Shown here: positions 29,851 through 43,706 of the stretch, piece by piece
Layout: every line of letters starts with the position of its first letter
Position numbering within the stretch: position 1 is the first letter of the stretch
From: the human T2T-CHM13v2.0 reference genome, Homo sapiens
Length of the DNA: 64,000 nucleotides
Assembly (NCBI RefSeq): GCF_009914755.1
Contig: NC_060925.1
Strand: one strand, 5' to 3'
The notes under the pieces: generated by a model
Databases searched by the model: none
Told to the model about the DNA's origin: nothing
What the model saw: the letters and a program-made list of their open reading frames with translations, nothing else
Made by a program: the position numbers and the translations under genes

Positions 29851-32454
29851 CGCCCTAGGATCTTTGTCTTGTCGGCCCTGAGGGTTCCTAGCCTCGGTCC
29901 CCATCCACCTCATATGCATGTATACCTCCTTTTCACCTGGGCCCCCTGTGTTCTACCCTGAATGGACCCTGAGACACCCTCGGGGACAGTCAGGCATTCT
30001 GCAGGGGAGCCAGGAGGAGCAGAGAAGTGAAGTCCCTGTACCCTCCGCACCCTCCTATCAAGAGTCCAGGACAGCCCTTTGGCCACACAGGGAAGCGGGG
30101 CATAGAACCCCACCTGACACTGACCGGGGTGGGTGGTGAGGACCCCTCCCCCATCCCCACCACCACTTTGTTCTCAGTAGGGTTCTCACACTTGGGGATT
30201 CTCTGCTTCCTGAGAAGCAGCCTCCCCTTGGGGGAGGCTGGCTCCCTGGGGACAAGTCTGCCCCCTTCTTGATCCCCTCTCTGCTCCCAGGCAGGCTGCT
30301 CGGGCTGGAGCAAAGACATGGCTTCCCCCAGGCATGAGCAGCACCCCGGCAGCATAGGGAAGAAGACTCACAGAAGGACGCAGTGCTGCAGGACCCCTGC
30401 TGCTGGACCCCTGCCGCTGGCATCCTACAGTTTAATAGCCTTAATAGCCGGGGAAGATTCTCTCTCTTTCTCTGGTCTTCTACCCAGTAGAGCATCTCCT
30501 CCTTTCTCCTGCCTCCCCGCATCCACCCCAGATTAAGCATCACCAGGGGAGGAGGGGACCTTGGCCCCTGCCAGGTGGGCTCCTGGTGAGCCCCAGTGGA
30601 ACAGAGCAGGCTGGGGTGGGGGGCCTCCCTGTAACTCCTCACCTGTGCCCCCAGCCCCTCCCTAACATGAAGCCGCTGGCCCCTTGATTCTCCCCCCTCC
30701 ACCATCACCGGCACATGAAAGTGAAAGTGAAGGGGAATCTCCTCACCTGGAGAAACAAACCAGGAAACAGCCCAAATCAGGGTAATTAGGCTTTTGAAGT
30801 TGGCAGAGGGAGAGGCAAAGGTGTCCCTGTGGCCAACAGCCCTGTGAGAGTGTGAAGGGCCACCTGCCTCCCCAGGGCTGGGTGGCCCAGAGGTGTCTTA
30901 TACCCACGCAGCAGATGCCAGTGGTCCCAAGGCTGAGCGGGTCTGAAATGCAGAGAGACGGGCCTAGCCTAACACTGAATGGCCCAGAGCTGCACAGATG
31001 TCCAGGGGCATCCATTCTGAGCTCATCCAGTGACAGAGAGGAGACAGGCAGGAGACCAGACCAATGCATATGCATCTGCCCACCTGCGTCCCATGAGGCC
31101 ACAGACGGCAGGAACCTAGTGGCCCCAGCCTCCCAGCACGCCCCTTCTAAGCTGAGTTCTCAGGAACAAGAATTCTTGGAAGAGCCCACATGGACAGAGG
31201 ACAGGGCAGCTGCGCTGCAAGGAGACCATGGCTCCATCTGAGAACAATCCCCAGGCACACCCGCACTCCAGGGCACTCTGAGCACCTCTCCCTTCTTCCC
31301 ATGTCTGGGTTAACGGAATCTTGTCATCTCCCCAGGGACCCCACCAGGACCCTAGAGGTGGGCCTGTGCCTCCCGCCACCGCCTCTCCAGGGTCCAAGCC
31401 CACTTCAGGGCTTGCAACTGGATTTTGTTCATCTTTCAAGTCCCTCTGCTGCCTTTACCAGACTGGGCTGTGGCACTCCCGCCACGGCCACCTCCTGCTT
31501 CCGTTCTCAGTCCTGGCCCTCCCCTGGGACCCACAACCTCCCAGCCACCTGGAGTTGCTGCCAGGCCTGGCCATAGCCACCGTCGCTGCCTAGTGGAGCA
31601 CAGCAAGCTCCACCCCTTACCCAGCCCTGCTCTCCCTCTCAGGCCGTTCCTTCTGCCCGGCCGTCACCAGCTCCTGCTGGACTATGGGATCCCAAGCACA
31701 GAGGCCTGGCTGCTTGCAGATGGCCACCCCAGTTGTCCCAGCGAAGTGCAGTGTGGGCTGTGTCCAGCCTTTTGCCTGCCCCTGGCCTGCTCCACAGCCT
31801 CGCTCATGCTCCCTCCAGGGTCTCCCTCACATCCCTCTGGGCCTCGAGCTTGTCACTATGACAGAAACACATCATGACCTCCATTTTTATAGGGCACCTC
31901 ACACAGCCCTCAACAGAAGATGTAGGCCCTTTCAGGCCCCCACTCTCCTACACACTCATGGGTGCAAACAACCTCCTGGGCACAAGAGCTCAGCCCCTCC
32001 TCCTAGCCCTTCATGGGCTGGAGGGCCAGCACACTTGGAGGCCCTGCTCAGCCAGTGTCTGCACTGCACCACCGCCAGGCACTTCGCCCCTGTGTCCTCA
32101 GTCCTGGTGGGCCTCATTGTGGTGGGGAGACAGCCTGACTGGAAGAGGGGTCGGGTGAAGAGGCAGCTTAGAGAGGCAGGAGCCAGGAAAGGGTGCAGGA
32201 GAGAAGGAGCTCGGCTGGAATGATGGGTCAGGCATACGTGTGTGGTGTGTGGGCAGGTGGCTGCAGCATGGGTGTTTCGGGGACTGAGGGGCCAGTCGAG
32301 CAGGGCAGGGACATGGCCCAGGGTACCCAGAAGCTCAGATGGGAAGGGCCTTGTGATAGGAGGGATGGTTGCCACTCCCAGAGTCACCCTGCCTCCACAT
32401 TAGCCTGCCACTGGCCCACTCCCTCTGCAGGCCTGGCCTCACCCTAGCCCCTTC

Positions 32455-32735
32455 TTCCTTCTCCCTTCGCCCGCATCTGTCTGTGTCTCTCTGTCTCTGT
32501 TTCTCTCTTCCCTGCCTCTGTCCCTCCATATCTCCATACCTTTGTCTCTCAGTTTCTCCCTGTCTGTCTCTCTCTCTTCCCTGTATCTGTCTCTGCCCGT
32601 CTCTGTCTCTATCTCTCTGTGTCTGTCTCTCTCTTTCAGTCTTTGTCCTGTCTCTCTCTGCCTGTTTCTGTCACTCTATCTCTTTTCATCTCTGTCTTTC
32701 TGTCTTTTGCAGTCTCTGCCTCTCGTCTCTGCCTC
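32455..32735. repeat. CT-rich (TCTCTG)n-like low-complexity tract
   Basis: About 280 nt dominated by C/T with TG interruptions. Confidence 0.92.
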
Positions 32736-33936
32736 TGGTGCTGAGGACAGCAGTCACTAGCAAATAAAACTCGTGAAACGAGCTGAGTGGAGCCACCAGG
32801 CCAGCCCTCCCAGAGCTGTGGGATCTCAGGGCCCTGGGGGTGGCATTGCTTCTCAGAGCTGCCCACACACAAACCCCTCCTGAGGGTGACGGTCAGGAGT
32901 GGCCACACGTCAAGTGTCTGCAACCAGACATTGGCCCTGCATAACTGCCAGGATCCGTAGCCGCCTCAGGGACGCACAGCACCCTTCCAGAGTGCAAAGC
33001 TCCTCCTGCCTGGTGCTCGCACCTCAGGCACTGGCCAGCTTGGGCCCTTGAGGCCAGCTGCCCCTCTGACTCACGGGGCTTGTTCTAACGATGTTTGCTT
33101 CGCATAAGCCTCCTAGAATCTTTTGTAGCAGGGAGAGCAGGATGAGTAGATACAGTCATAGCAGCCCAGTCTTAGGGGTGGTGACTGCCCGGTGGCCACT
33201 TCTTCCACTGGGTCCCTTGTGCACATCACCGTACTGTGAAGAGGGAAGCTCCGGTGTCCAGCAGCCCTCCCAAGATACAGGTGACAGGGCTCCCGCCATC
33301 TCCATCCAGGGACCCCGTTGGGGCTTCTCAATGTGGGGCCTACCATGCAGAGCCCAAATGTGAATGCTTGGCCACCTGCCATGAAGAAATCAGAACAGAA
33401 ATGGGAATTTAAAAAGGATTTGGTGACATTGTAGCGGTTTGACGGTGCTGCAACCATTTCTGTGGATTTTGTAATAATGGAAATTTAAAAACAAACCAAC
33501 CACGTCCCTCTGTTGGGACTCTAGTCTGAGAAAGCCAGCCTGAAGCCACACCTGGAGTAATGGGGGTGGGGGGGCTCTCTCAATGTGGACCACTGCCTGT
33601 AGCCCTCATCCATTGGATTTTTGACCCAAACGTGAGACTTCTAACTTGCCCCCTTTAAGAGTAGTTGAAGGGCTGGTTGCTGTTTCTGTTCAGAAGACCC
33701 GCTTCATGTCTCTGAAGGCTATTGGCTGGGGAAGAAGGATTAGACTGTGGCTCAAGGGGCAGGGGCTGGGGCAGAGGTTGCAGGTGCCAAGGAGGCTGGT
33801 TCTGGCTCCCAAAGAGAAAAAGCTCCCTAGGGATGAGAGCCTGTGCCCCAAGTGGTACCAGGGAGGTGCTGAGCTGCAGCTACCGAGGCCGAAGAAAAGG
33901 AATGTCATTCACAAAGGAGACCTGTACAGCCCCACA

Positions 33937-34300
33937 GACAGGGTCTCGCTCTGTCACCCAGGCTGGAGTGCAGTGATGTGATCTTGGCTCACTGCAGCCT
34001 CGACCCTCATGGGCTCAAGTGATCCTCCCATCTCAGCCTCCTGAGTAGCTGGGACCACAGGCGAGCACCACCACTCCCAGCTAATTTTTGTATATTTGTA
34101 GAGATGGGTTTCTCTCTCTACAAGAAACCATTTCTCTCTCTAGAAGAAACCATGTGGCCCAGGCTGGTCTCGACCTCCTGGGCTCCAGCAGTCCTCCCAT
34201 CTTGGCCTTGTGAGTAGCTGGGATTACAGGCTCGTGCCACTACGCTTGGCTAGTATTTTTCATTTTTTGTTGAGATGGGGTCTTGCTCCGTGGCCCAGGC
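33937..34300 (-). mobile_element. Rearranged Alu (AluJ-like) with internal 22-bp duplication and extra arm fragment
   Basis: Alu consensus interrupted at 34109-34152. Confidence 0.88.
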
Positions 34301-35277
34301 TGTGCACTTTAATGTTGGACAATCCCCCACCCCACCCCTCACTGGTTACAGCCCTGAGGCTGGTGAGGGGCACATGGCCTCTTCCTTGGCCTCCCTACTG
34401 GCCTCCCCAGGTGACACCCTGGAGGTGTCTCTCACGTTGCTGCTTCCACATTCCTTCCCCGGCAAAACGTGCCGCTGCCGCCCAGGGAAACTGGCAAGTG
34501 CGTGGCCGCGGGCACAGGAGCCGCTGTGCCTGCTGGGACTCGTTCAAAGTATGTGTCAGTAATCCCAGCTGGGCCGGCGGGCAGGAGGAGGTGCGGGTTG
34601 GGAGAGCTCCAGGCAGGGCTGGGCAGCCTGGACTGGGAAGGGTTGCCGACACCCAGGAGGGACCTGGGGGCCTTAAGTCCTGGGGACCCTGGCCGGCTCA
34701 CAAGGTGCTTGAGCTGCCGAGAGTGGTCTTCTAGGCAGCTGCAGTTCCACCACTGGGTGTGAGAAGAAACCAGAACCTTGGGGGTCTCCCAGGCAGGTGG
34801 GTGCCCTCGGGCAGTCTCAGCCTGGGCGAGATGGGAGGTCATCCACCAACAGGGAAACACTTCGAGCCTCAGGTCTGAGGAAGGAAGCCTTATCACCGCC
34901 CATGGAGTGGCCCTGATCTTAAGAAGACAAAGATTTGGAACAGGATGTTTGCTCCAGAGGCCCCACAGAGGGGAAGCCCACCTGCCCAAGCAGGACCCTC
35001 AATGGCAGAGACACCCACCTGCCCTGGTCCTCCACACCTGCCTGCATTGCAGCTGTGCTGGAGCCAGAGGGGTCCCAGGAGGCGACCAGCTGGACTCAGG
35101 GCACAAATTGCATCCTGGAGGGGTGGCCCTGGCAGGTCTGCGAGTGGGGTGCACTGGGTCCCTCTCAGGCCAGGAGGAGGCTGAGATGACATCCAGCAGG
35201 GCAGCAGGGCCTGAGATCAGTGTCCCCATTCCATGCACTGCTCCCCTCCTCTCTCAGAGCTTCAGGTAGGAGAGGGG

Positions 35278-35320
35278 TCCATTACCCCATTTGACAGATG
35301 GGGAAACTGAGGCCCAGGAG
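35278..35320. mobile_element. MIR core fragment
   Basis: attaccccatttgacagatggggaaactgaggcccag is the MIR core. Confidence 0.7.
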
Positions 35321-37675
35321 GGGAAAGAGAGAAAGAGCAAACAAACAAGCGAGTAACAGGGCCCGAGTTGGAGCCCATGCCCACCTTCCAGGCCTGTCCA
35401 CACGCCTGCATGGAGCATTACTGTGAGGTCCCCACGCCCCCAGCAAACATGCAAGCACAGAGCCGTGCCCTTGGTACATGGGTGCTCTGAGTTCGCTAAA
35501 TTTTACTGCTAAAAGACACCAGGCCTGGACTTGAGAAACCTAAGAGCCTGCCAGCCTCAGAAGGACTTGCACAGGAACAGTGGAGGCTGGATATGGTGGC
35601 CACTCAGGACCCCCACAGCTGTGTGGCTGCGAGAAGGCCCCCACGCTTTGCCCTGAGCTTCCATCCACAGGGATTAGGTAGCACCTCCAGTGCCGCCACG
35701 TAAGATGGGAAATTGCACATGGGACCAAACCAAGCCGGGGAGGCCAGCGTGGCCCGGACTGGGCTGGCCTACCGCCCGCCTTGTGGTCCTGGGCCAGCCT
35801 CCTTCTTCCCCTGCATGTCACAGCCAGCATCTCTGCCGTACCTCTGGCGAGCTGCCCAGCCTTTCAACAGAAGTGAGGGAGTGGGGAAGAAAAACCATTA
35901 GTGCTTGTGGGCTGGAGGCATGGCTGCTGTGACTTTGGCCACAGGCGGAAGCCATGGGTCTAGGGACTGGGGCCATTTTATAAAACTACATTTGTGTGTG
36001 TTCTGAGTGAATATGACAGCCTCCCCTTCAAAACAAACGATTGTTAGGAAAAAAACAAAACAAAACAAAACAAAACCTAACAGCATTAGTGAAAATCTGG
36101 AAGGAAAGACAAGTCTGTGATCTTATCAACTTTTTCAACTTTTTGTTTTTCTAAGGATAGAAACAGTTTGTGTTCTGTTTTTGAAAACTCACTAAGCATC
36201 ATCTCCATTTCTGGGGCCTTCTGGATGATCACACGATGGTTCCACTAGGTCTTGTGGTGCTGGTACTGCGATCTGCTAGCCCAGCCCTGCCGTTCCCTCC
36301 AGAGCTGGGATTCCAGGGAAAGGGGACAGAGCAAGAGAGGCTGGAGATATTGGAAGAGCAGGGTCACATTCCCTTGGGACACCAATTTTGCACAGCCAGA
36401 GGGATATCTGGTGTCCCATCCAGTTGGGCAGTTAGAATTCCAGCCACTCAGCTGTGTGGCAGCTGGACGTGGGAAACATGGACTCTTCCTGGGACGCTGT
36501 GGTGTTGGCAGTGAGAGGGGAGAGGGAATGAATTCCTCATCCGGTGAATCACAGGCTCGGGGTGCAGGGCATGGGGGCAGGGAGGGCAGGCTGGCCTCAG
36601 CCTCTCCCCGGGGACTGGGCCCAGCCTTCCTGCCCCTGCTGTTCCCACCACCCTGAGGCAGGGCCCAGACCTCACTGTGATCCAGATCGTTGGCATCCAG
36701 GAAGTGAGTAGGGAGTGACGGATGGCAAGACCACCACCCCCGCCTCCCCCCCACCCCCGCCGCCCAAGTGCTTACCTGTGGTTCCTTGTGTGAGTGATCC
36801 TCAGCAAGGACCCTTCGTCCTTGACCAGACACTTGTTTGCATGCCTACAAAGCGTGGGAGAGGTCGAAGGGGAGATTGGAGAATTCATCAGAAGCCCCAG
36901 AAGCCCAAGTGGGAGCTCCTGGCCCTGCCTGCTGGCTGGGGCCACGCTTGTCTTAGGGCACCAGGCAGGACAGTGGCCAATCGTGGCTGCTCCGCCTGAG
37001 GCCATGAGCAGGCAGGAGCCACGGACTGACAGCCAGTGCTCAGGGTCTGTCTGTGCCCGTCACCTTCTGGGCACCCGATGTTGCCCCTTTCTGTCCCCCG
37101 CATGTGCTTTAAGCGCCTGCTACTACCTTGCTCTTTTGGGGATCCTACTGACTAGAGGGTGGAGGTAGGTCCCTGACCCCCCAGGGTGATTATCAGCAAG
37201 GCTGACTCCCCAGGGACTCAACCCAAGGGAGCCCCCAAGGACCCTCAGAGTCCTCATGAAGACAGACAGGGGCCATGGAGCAAGTTTAGACTCAAGGAAG
37301 CCATAGAAGTTTCCCCGTCAGCCTTAGAATGTCCAAGCTAGAGGCAGCCTGGGTGAACCCAGCACACGTTCCCTGTGGCACTCACGCTCCTGGGGCCACC
37401 CTGGGAGGACCCTGTTCTAAACCACAACTGCCCAGTTCAGTTGGGGAAACTGAGGTTCCAACAGTCCCAAAGCTGCAGGTGCAACTGTTAGGGCCACCAC
37501 CCATGTCCCCCTGGGTGGCCTCCTGGGGTGGAAAGGGGGCTGCATTGGGGACAGGAAGCCCTATGATGTCTTGGGTCATCAGCTGCAAGGAGGCTGTCCA
37601 GGGTCTGTGTGACTTGTGCCATTTATCTCTGACTCATTTATAAATGTTATTTTGCAGGGACTGGGGTTTCATACG

Positions 37676-38068
37676 TGTACTTGTCCATTCTGCATTGCTA
37701 TAAAGGAATGCCTGAGACTGGAAAGAAAAAAGGTTTAATTGGCTTAGGGTTCTGCAGGCTGTACAAGCATGGCACCGGCATCTGCTGAGGCCTCAGGGAG
37801 CTTCCACTCATGGTGGAAGTCAAAGGGGAGGTACATGTGTCACACGCGGGAGAGGGGGCAGGGGAGGGTGCCAGGCTCCTTCTAACAACCAGCTCCTGCA
37901 TGAACTCAGAGGGAGAACTCCCTCATTACCGCAGGGAGGGCACTGTGCCATTCACGAGTGATCTGCGTCTGAGACCTAAATGGGTGGGACCCACTAGGCC
38001 CCACCTCCAACACTGGGGGTCGCATTTCAACATGAGATTTGGAGGGGACACACATCCAAACTATATCA
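37676..38068 (-). mobile_element. MaLR solo LTR (MSTB/MSTA-like)
   Basis: TG...CA termini; cattgctataaaggaatgcctgagactgg ... catgagatttggaggggacacacatccaaactatatca. Confidence 0.85.
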
Positions 38069-38469
38069 ACACATTTGAAGGGCATTGTAGGATCTTAGAA
38101 AGCAGTGGCCCCTGGAGGCCAACATGCGGGAAGCCCTGTTCTGCTGTATTAGCCGGTGGCTGTGGCAAAGCTCCATTCCCTGAGCCTTGGCTTCCTGCTC
38201 TGGGAGGTCCCAGTGCCACCTATCCAGGTCCTGTGGGTTTCAGGGAGCCACATAACTAGAGCCCGTGGGGAGGTCACCAGTGAGCTCTGCCCAGCAGGTG
38301 GAGGCCAGGTAAGGGGCTGGGTGGTGGTAGTAAGAGGAGCGATGCTGGGTATTGGAAGGGAGAAACAACCAGCTTCAGCAAGCCTCCCTTTCAGAGACAA
38401 GAGTGCTGGAAAGGTGGAGAGGCCGCAGGAGGAGGGAAGAGGAGGGACTAGCTCTCTAAAGACCACAGT

Positions 38470-38776
38470 GGCCAGGCGCGGTGGCTCACACCTGTAATCT
38501 CAGCATTTTGGAAGGCCGAGGCGGGAGGATGGCTTGAGTCCAGGAGTTCAAGACCAGCCTGGGCAACATAGACAGACACCATCTCTACAAAAAATACAAA
38601 AGTTAACCGGGCATCATGGCACAGGCCTGTGGTTCCAACTACTTGGGAGGCTGAGGCTAAGATGGGAGGATCCCTTGAGCCCTGTAGGTCAACGCTGCAG
38701 TGAGCCCTCAGCCTAGACGACAGAGCAAGACTTCATCTCTAAAAAAGTAAATTAATAAAATTTAACAAATAATAAA
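38470..38776 (+). mobile_element. Alu (AluJ-like)
   Basis: Dimer with a right-arm deletion. Confidence 0.9.
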
Positions 38777-39446
38777 GGCCATGGCAGTGGGCTGGCGGAG
38801 ACAGCGGTGGCTCGGGCCCCTGGAGCTTGCATAGCAAGATGCTGGAGGTGGCAGCCTGGCCTTCAGATCCTTCTCCTTCTCTGGGTCTGAGAAGCTTAGG
38901 TGTTGGAACTCAGAGGTGGTCAGGAAATGCCAGCATGAGCAGGAAAGTGAGAGGGAGTATCTGCTGGCTCCCAGTGCTGCAAGACCCTATCTCTACAAAA
39001 AATACAAAGCAAGAGAACAGCACGGGGGCTTTGCCATTGGCTAACGCAGACTGACCTCCCCAGTTTGGGCATGAACATCCTTTTCACGTTCCAAGGTGGG
39101 ATCCGGGAGTCCAGGTTGCATTGTATTTGATGCACCCTGAGAACTTGCGCTGAGAACAGGACCCTGGGGACACTCGATCTCGAAGACGGGGTTCTCATTC
39201 ACTCTCCATTTGCAGAGCCCCTCCCCCACTCACTGCAGCCAATACTCCCTGGCGAGACCCTGAGACAGGCCTGTCTGTCCCTTGTCCCAGGCAAGCCTGG
39301 CCCACAGGGTGTGGGAGGAGGAAGTTACAGGTCATAGTTTCCCAAGCACTGATGGATTCCGGGCATCTGCATTCTCCTTGGATTAGAAATTTGGATCCTA
39401 GGAGCTTTTGGGGGCTGGTGTGGGGATAGTGCCTGTGCAATTTAGA

Positions 39447-39731
39447 TTTTTTTTTTTTTTGAGACAGGGTCTCACTCTGTCACCCAGCCTGGTGTAATCA
39501 GAGCTCACTGTGGCCTTGTCCTCCTGGGCTCAAGTGATCCTCCCACCTCAGCCTCCCAAGCAGCGGGGACTACAGGTGTGTGCCACCACACCCAGCTAAC
39601 CTTTGTATTTTTGTAGAGATGGGGTCTTGCTCTGTTGCCCAGATTGGTCTTGAACTCCTGGCCTCAAGCAATCCACCTGCCTCAGCCTTCCAAAGTGCTG
39701 AGATTACAGGCATGAGCCACCATGCCCAGCC
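39447..39731 (-). mobile_element. Alu (AluJ-like)
   Basis: Poly-T and dimer. Confidence 0.92.
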
Positions 39732-40884
39732 TTATATTTGATTTTCTTTTTAATGACCCAACTGATCCTTCAAGGCCCAGCCAAAATCTGGTGGCCCAGT
39801 GAGCCTCCAGGGCCCTCCTCTGCACTGCTCCCTGGCCCCACAGGAGCTCCCCGCTGCCTGCCAGCTTTCCACCCTCCTCAGGCAGGGTCTGTGTGGCCCA
39901 GGCCTTCTGGTGGCCTGGTGCTATCAGAAGGAGAAATCTCTCAGGAAGCAATTCAACGAACTGGAGGGGCCCTCTGGTCCACAGGAGGCAGGAGAAGCCC
40001 ATCCTGACCCCAAATCCACAAGGGCCCGTCAAGGGAGGGGTCCCATCAGGGCTGTGAGAGGCCAGGGATGCTGGAGCCACCTCTGGCCTGGCAGCTGGCC
40101 ACCTGCACCCTGGCCATACTCAGGAAGGTGGTGGGCCAGGGCCCACCCGGGAGGAGGGTGAGAGGGGCACAGAACTGGCTGACTCAGCACCCTGAGAATG
40201 GAGGCTTCAGACTTGGGAGTCCACCTCTCTGCTTTATCTAGAGACCAGGGACAAGGCCGCCCCTCCCAGCCCTGAGCCTGCGAGCTGAGGTGGTCCCGGC
40301 TCCATGCTGGTCATAGTGCTCTGGGGGTGGGCAGAGTGACAGCCCCCAAAATGAATCCAGCATCTAGCCTCGGAGAAGGGATGAGCCTTGGAAATGGCCG
40401 CATCCCCCAGGCCAGTCCCTGTTTTGTAAGCAGCAAGCTCTAAGTGGATTCCTTTGTTTCTCCTCATTCTAAGTCTCCAAGTAAAAAGGACATTCAACTA
40501 CTCTTGCTTTTCCTTCTTTCAGACACCTCTTGCTCACTTCCCTGGCTGTAAGCTAGGCTGGCCCTGGAGCCTGGGTACCCGGCCCTTCTCAGACACACTC
40601 CCAGGCCTCAGCCATGACACTCAAGTGTTTGTCCTCTACAACATTCCATTAGGAAAATTTTCAAACATCTGGAAAAGATGCAGCCTTTGGACATCAAAGC
40701 CTTGTGTGTCCACAGCTCACACTGAAGTCAGCCTGCTTTATCTCACACCCACCACCCTCTCCATTCTCTATCTATCCGTCTTATCTTTTTATGCTTACGT
40801 CAGTCTGCTCTGTCCCAAATACTGTAGCAGGCACGTCCTGAACCAGTGCTGGATGTTTTGCAAGTAACATCCCACATGGAGTCA

Positions 40885-41277
<393 letters not shown>

Positions 41278-43216
41278 GGAAGCCCCTGCAGTCCTGGGCG
41301 AAGCAGACAGTTGGTCTCCCGGCCTCACCCATGGGCACCCCCAGGCCCCTCTGCTGGCGTTCCTGGGTGCTCTGAGGTGCATGGTTTGAAAACCACGAGT
41401 CCAGCCCCTACGGTCACCTCCCTGGCCTGGTTCAACCCACCTTCTCCTGTCCAGAGGCCTCTCACCCACAGTCCAGGTCACAGACAGCTGACCTTGGTCA
41501 CCACCACTTGGCCCTGGGCAGTGGCAGTGCAGACCATACCCCAGGGACCCCGGATGGTCATCCAGTTGCCGGGACTCAAAGGAAGAGAGAGGATGGGGAA
41601 GGAGACATGGAAAAAGACTACCCAGCTACCTACAGCAGGAACACCAACCCAGGCTGCATCAGCACTTCCTGGAAGTGCTGGGATCTACAAAATGGTGGAG
41701 GGGGTGTGCAGGGACACCTGGGGCAGGATACCTGCGTGTAGTGAATGAATAAAGAAGTGAACAAGGGAGCCGACTGTGCAAGGACAGACTGCAGGGGTGC
41801 AGGCTTGAGTGGTGGCCTGGGGATGCACGTGGGGTCTGGCGCGAGGTTATGCACTCAAATGAGGGACAGACAGGAGGGAGGGTGACTAGGGAGAGGGAGG
41901 CCAGATCTCCAGGGGGTAGACATATTGGGGACCCTGAACACTGGGAGTCCGGTCCGGAGGCCAGACTGGTTGGATCCAGTGGACACATCGACAGGTGGTC
42001 ATAAGCATAAGGAACTCTCTCCCTCCACCCACCTCCACCAGTGCCCAAAAGGACCTGGTGATTTCTTTAAATTGAGGTGTATTTTGTACAGCAAAATGGA
42101 AGACCCTAAGTGCATGGCTCAATTCGTTCTGACGTGAAGCACTCACATAACCAACATCGCAGTCAAACGCAGAGCACTTCGGCCAGGCTGGCCTGGCAGA
42201 GCTTCCCTGATGACAGGCACATTCCCTATCTAACTGTCCCATTCAGGGTAGCCACGGGCCACACGTGAAGCATGGCTGGTGCCACCGAAGGGCTGAGTTT
42301 TACATTTCTTGCATTTTAATTAATTTTAAACTTAATTACATTAATTTAAACGGCACAGGTGTCGAATGCCTTTTGCCAAAAGCAGAGCACAGCCTGGGAG
42401 CTGTTGGGACCTGGAAAACGAGGAGTGAGGTTGCCACGGTGCTGACCTCTCCCGCGGATGAGTGTTGCCTGGTCTTGAGCTCAGACTGGGGGATGCGGAG
42501 GGCCCCAGGAGCATCTCACAGTTGAGCCCCTCCTCCCCACGTGCTCACGGGAGCCCATGCCTTCGGGTTTCTGAGCAGCCTGGCACCCTAGAGGCAGTCT
42601 TCATTTGTTTATTCACTCTCCTATTGACGGATGCTTGGGTGGCGTCCAAGTTCCTGCTCTCAGGCTCAAAGGCCTGGGAAGATTCCTGAACACGTCTCAT
42701 TGTGGACACGTGTTTACATCTAGGGGTACATAGCCAAAAGTGGGCCTGCGGGCTGGCGGGATGGGTCTGAGTTCCACAGTGATTTCTGCGCTGGGTCACG
42801 CCTACATCCCGGAAGCCAGGCCTCCTCCTCCAATCCCAAAGCCAAGGGCATCCCTTCTCTGGGCAGCCCCCACCTGACCCGGTCCCCAGCCTGAGGTTCT
42901 CAGGTTCTAGCCCTGAGTCCCCCATTGGGCTCCAGGTCAACCTGGTGTGAACGGGGCCCATGCAGTTGTGCTGAGCAGGAATGCGGGGCTGCATCATTTC
43001 CTGTTACAGATCTGGACGACTTGAATTCTGAGCTGAGTTTTGGGGATAGGGCAGGTCAGGGTCCTGGCCTTGTAAAATCAGACTTCCAGATAAAACATAC
43101 AGAAAAACACATAGATGATATCAAAACATCTAGAAAAAATTAAATAGCCAGCAATGAGTATTTATTCTGCACACAACATTGTATTAAGCACTTCCTGTAT
43201 AACATACAGGCTTAAG

Positions 43217-43476
43217 AGCTGGGCAAGGTGGTTCATGCCTGTAATCCCAGCACTTTGGGAGGCTCTAGCGAGAGGTCACTTGAGGCCAGGAGTTTGGGAC
43301 CAGCCTGGGCAACATAGCAGGACCTTGTCTCTACAAACTGTAAAAATAAAAATTAGCTGGCTCTGGTGGTGTGTGCCTGTAGTCCCAGCTAATCTGGAGG
43401 CTGCAGTGAGCCATGATCATACCACTGCACTCCATCCTGGGCAACACAGTGAGATTCTGTCTCAAAAAAAGAAAAA
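43217..43476 (+). mobile_element. Alu (AluJ-like), ~230 nt upstream of exon 2
   Basis: Dimer with internal deletion and A tail. Confidence 0.92.
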
Positions 43477-43706
43477 TTAGAAGGCATGGTTTATGAACAT
43501 TATTTTAGAGGCCACAGGGAATCCTTAATTGGGCTTTTAAGTAAAAATTCTCTTACTTGCAAAATAAAAAATCAGATTTCCTTCATGGTGGAAGCTGCGT
43601 CTCGCCCCCCGAATGCACTTGAGGCCCCAGAGCAAAGGGTCTGTAGCCTGCTCATCTGTGTCGCTGTCCCAGCCCCACACTCACCACCGGATCTTGCCCT
43701 CTGCAG

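Noticed and set aside
40691-40699. TCF/LEF consensus ACATCAAAG as an autoregulatory Wnt response element
   Set aside because: Isolated motif in what looks like an old L1 fragment, with no clustering.
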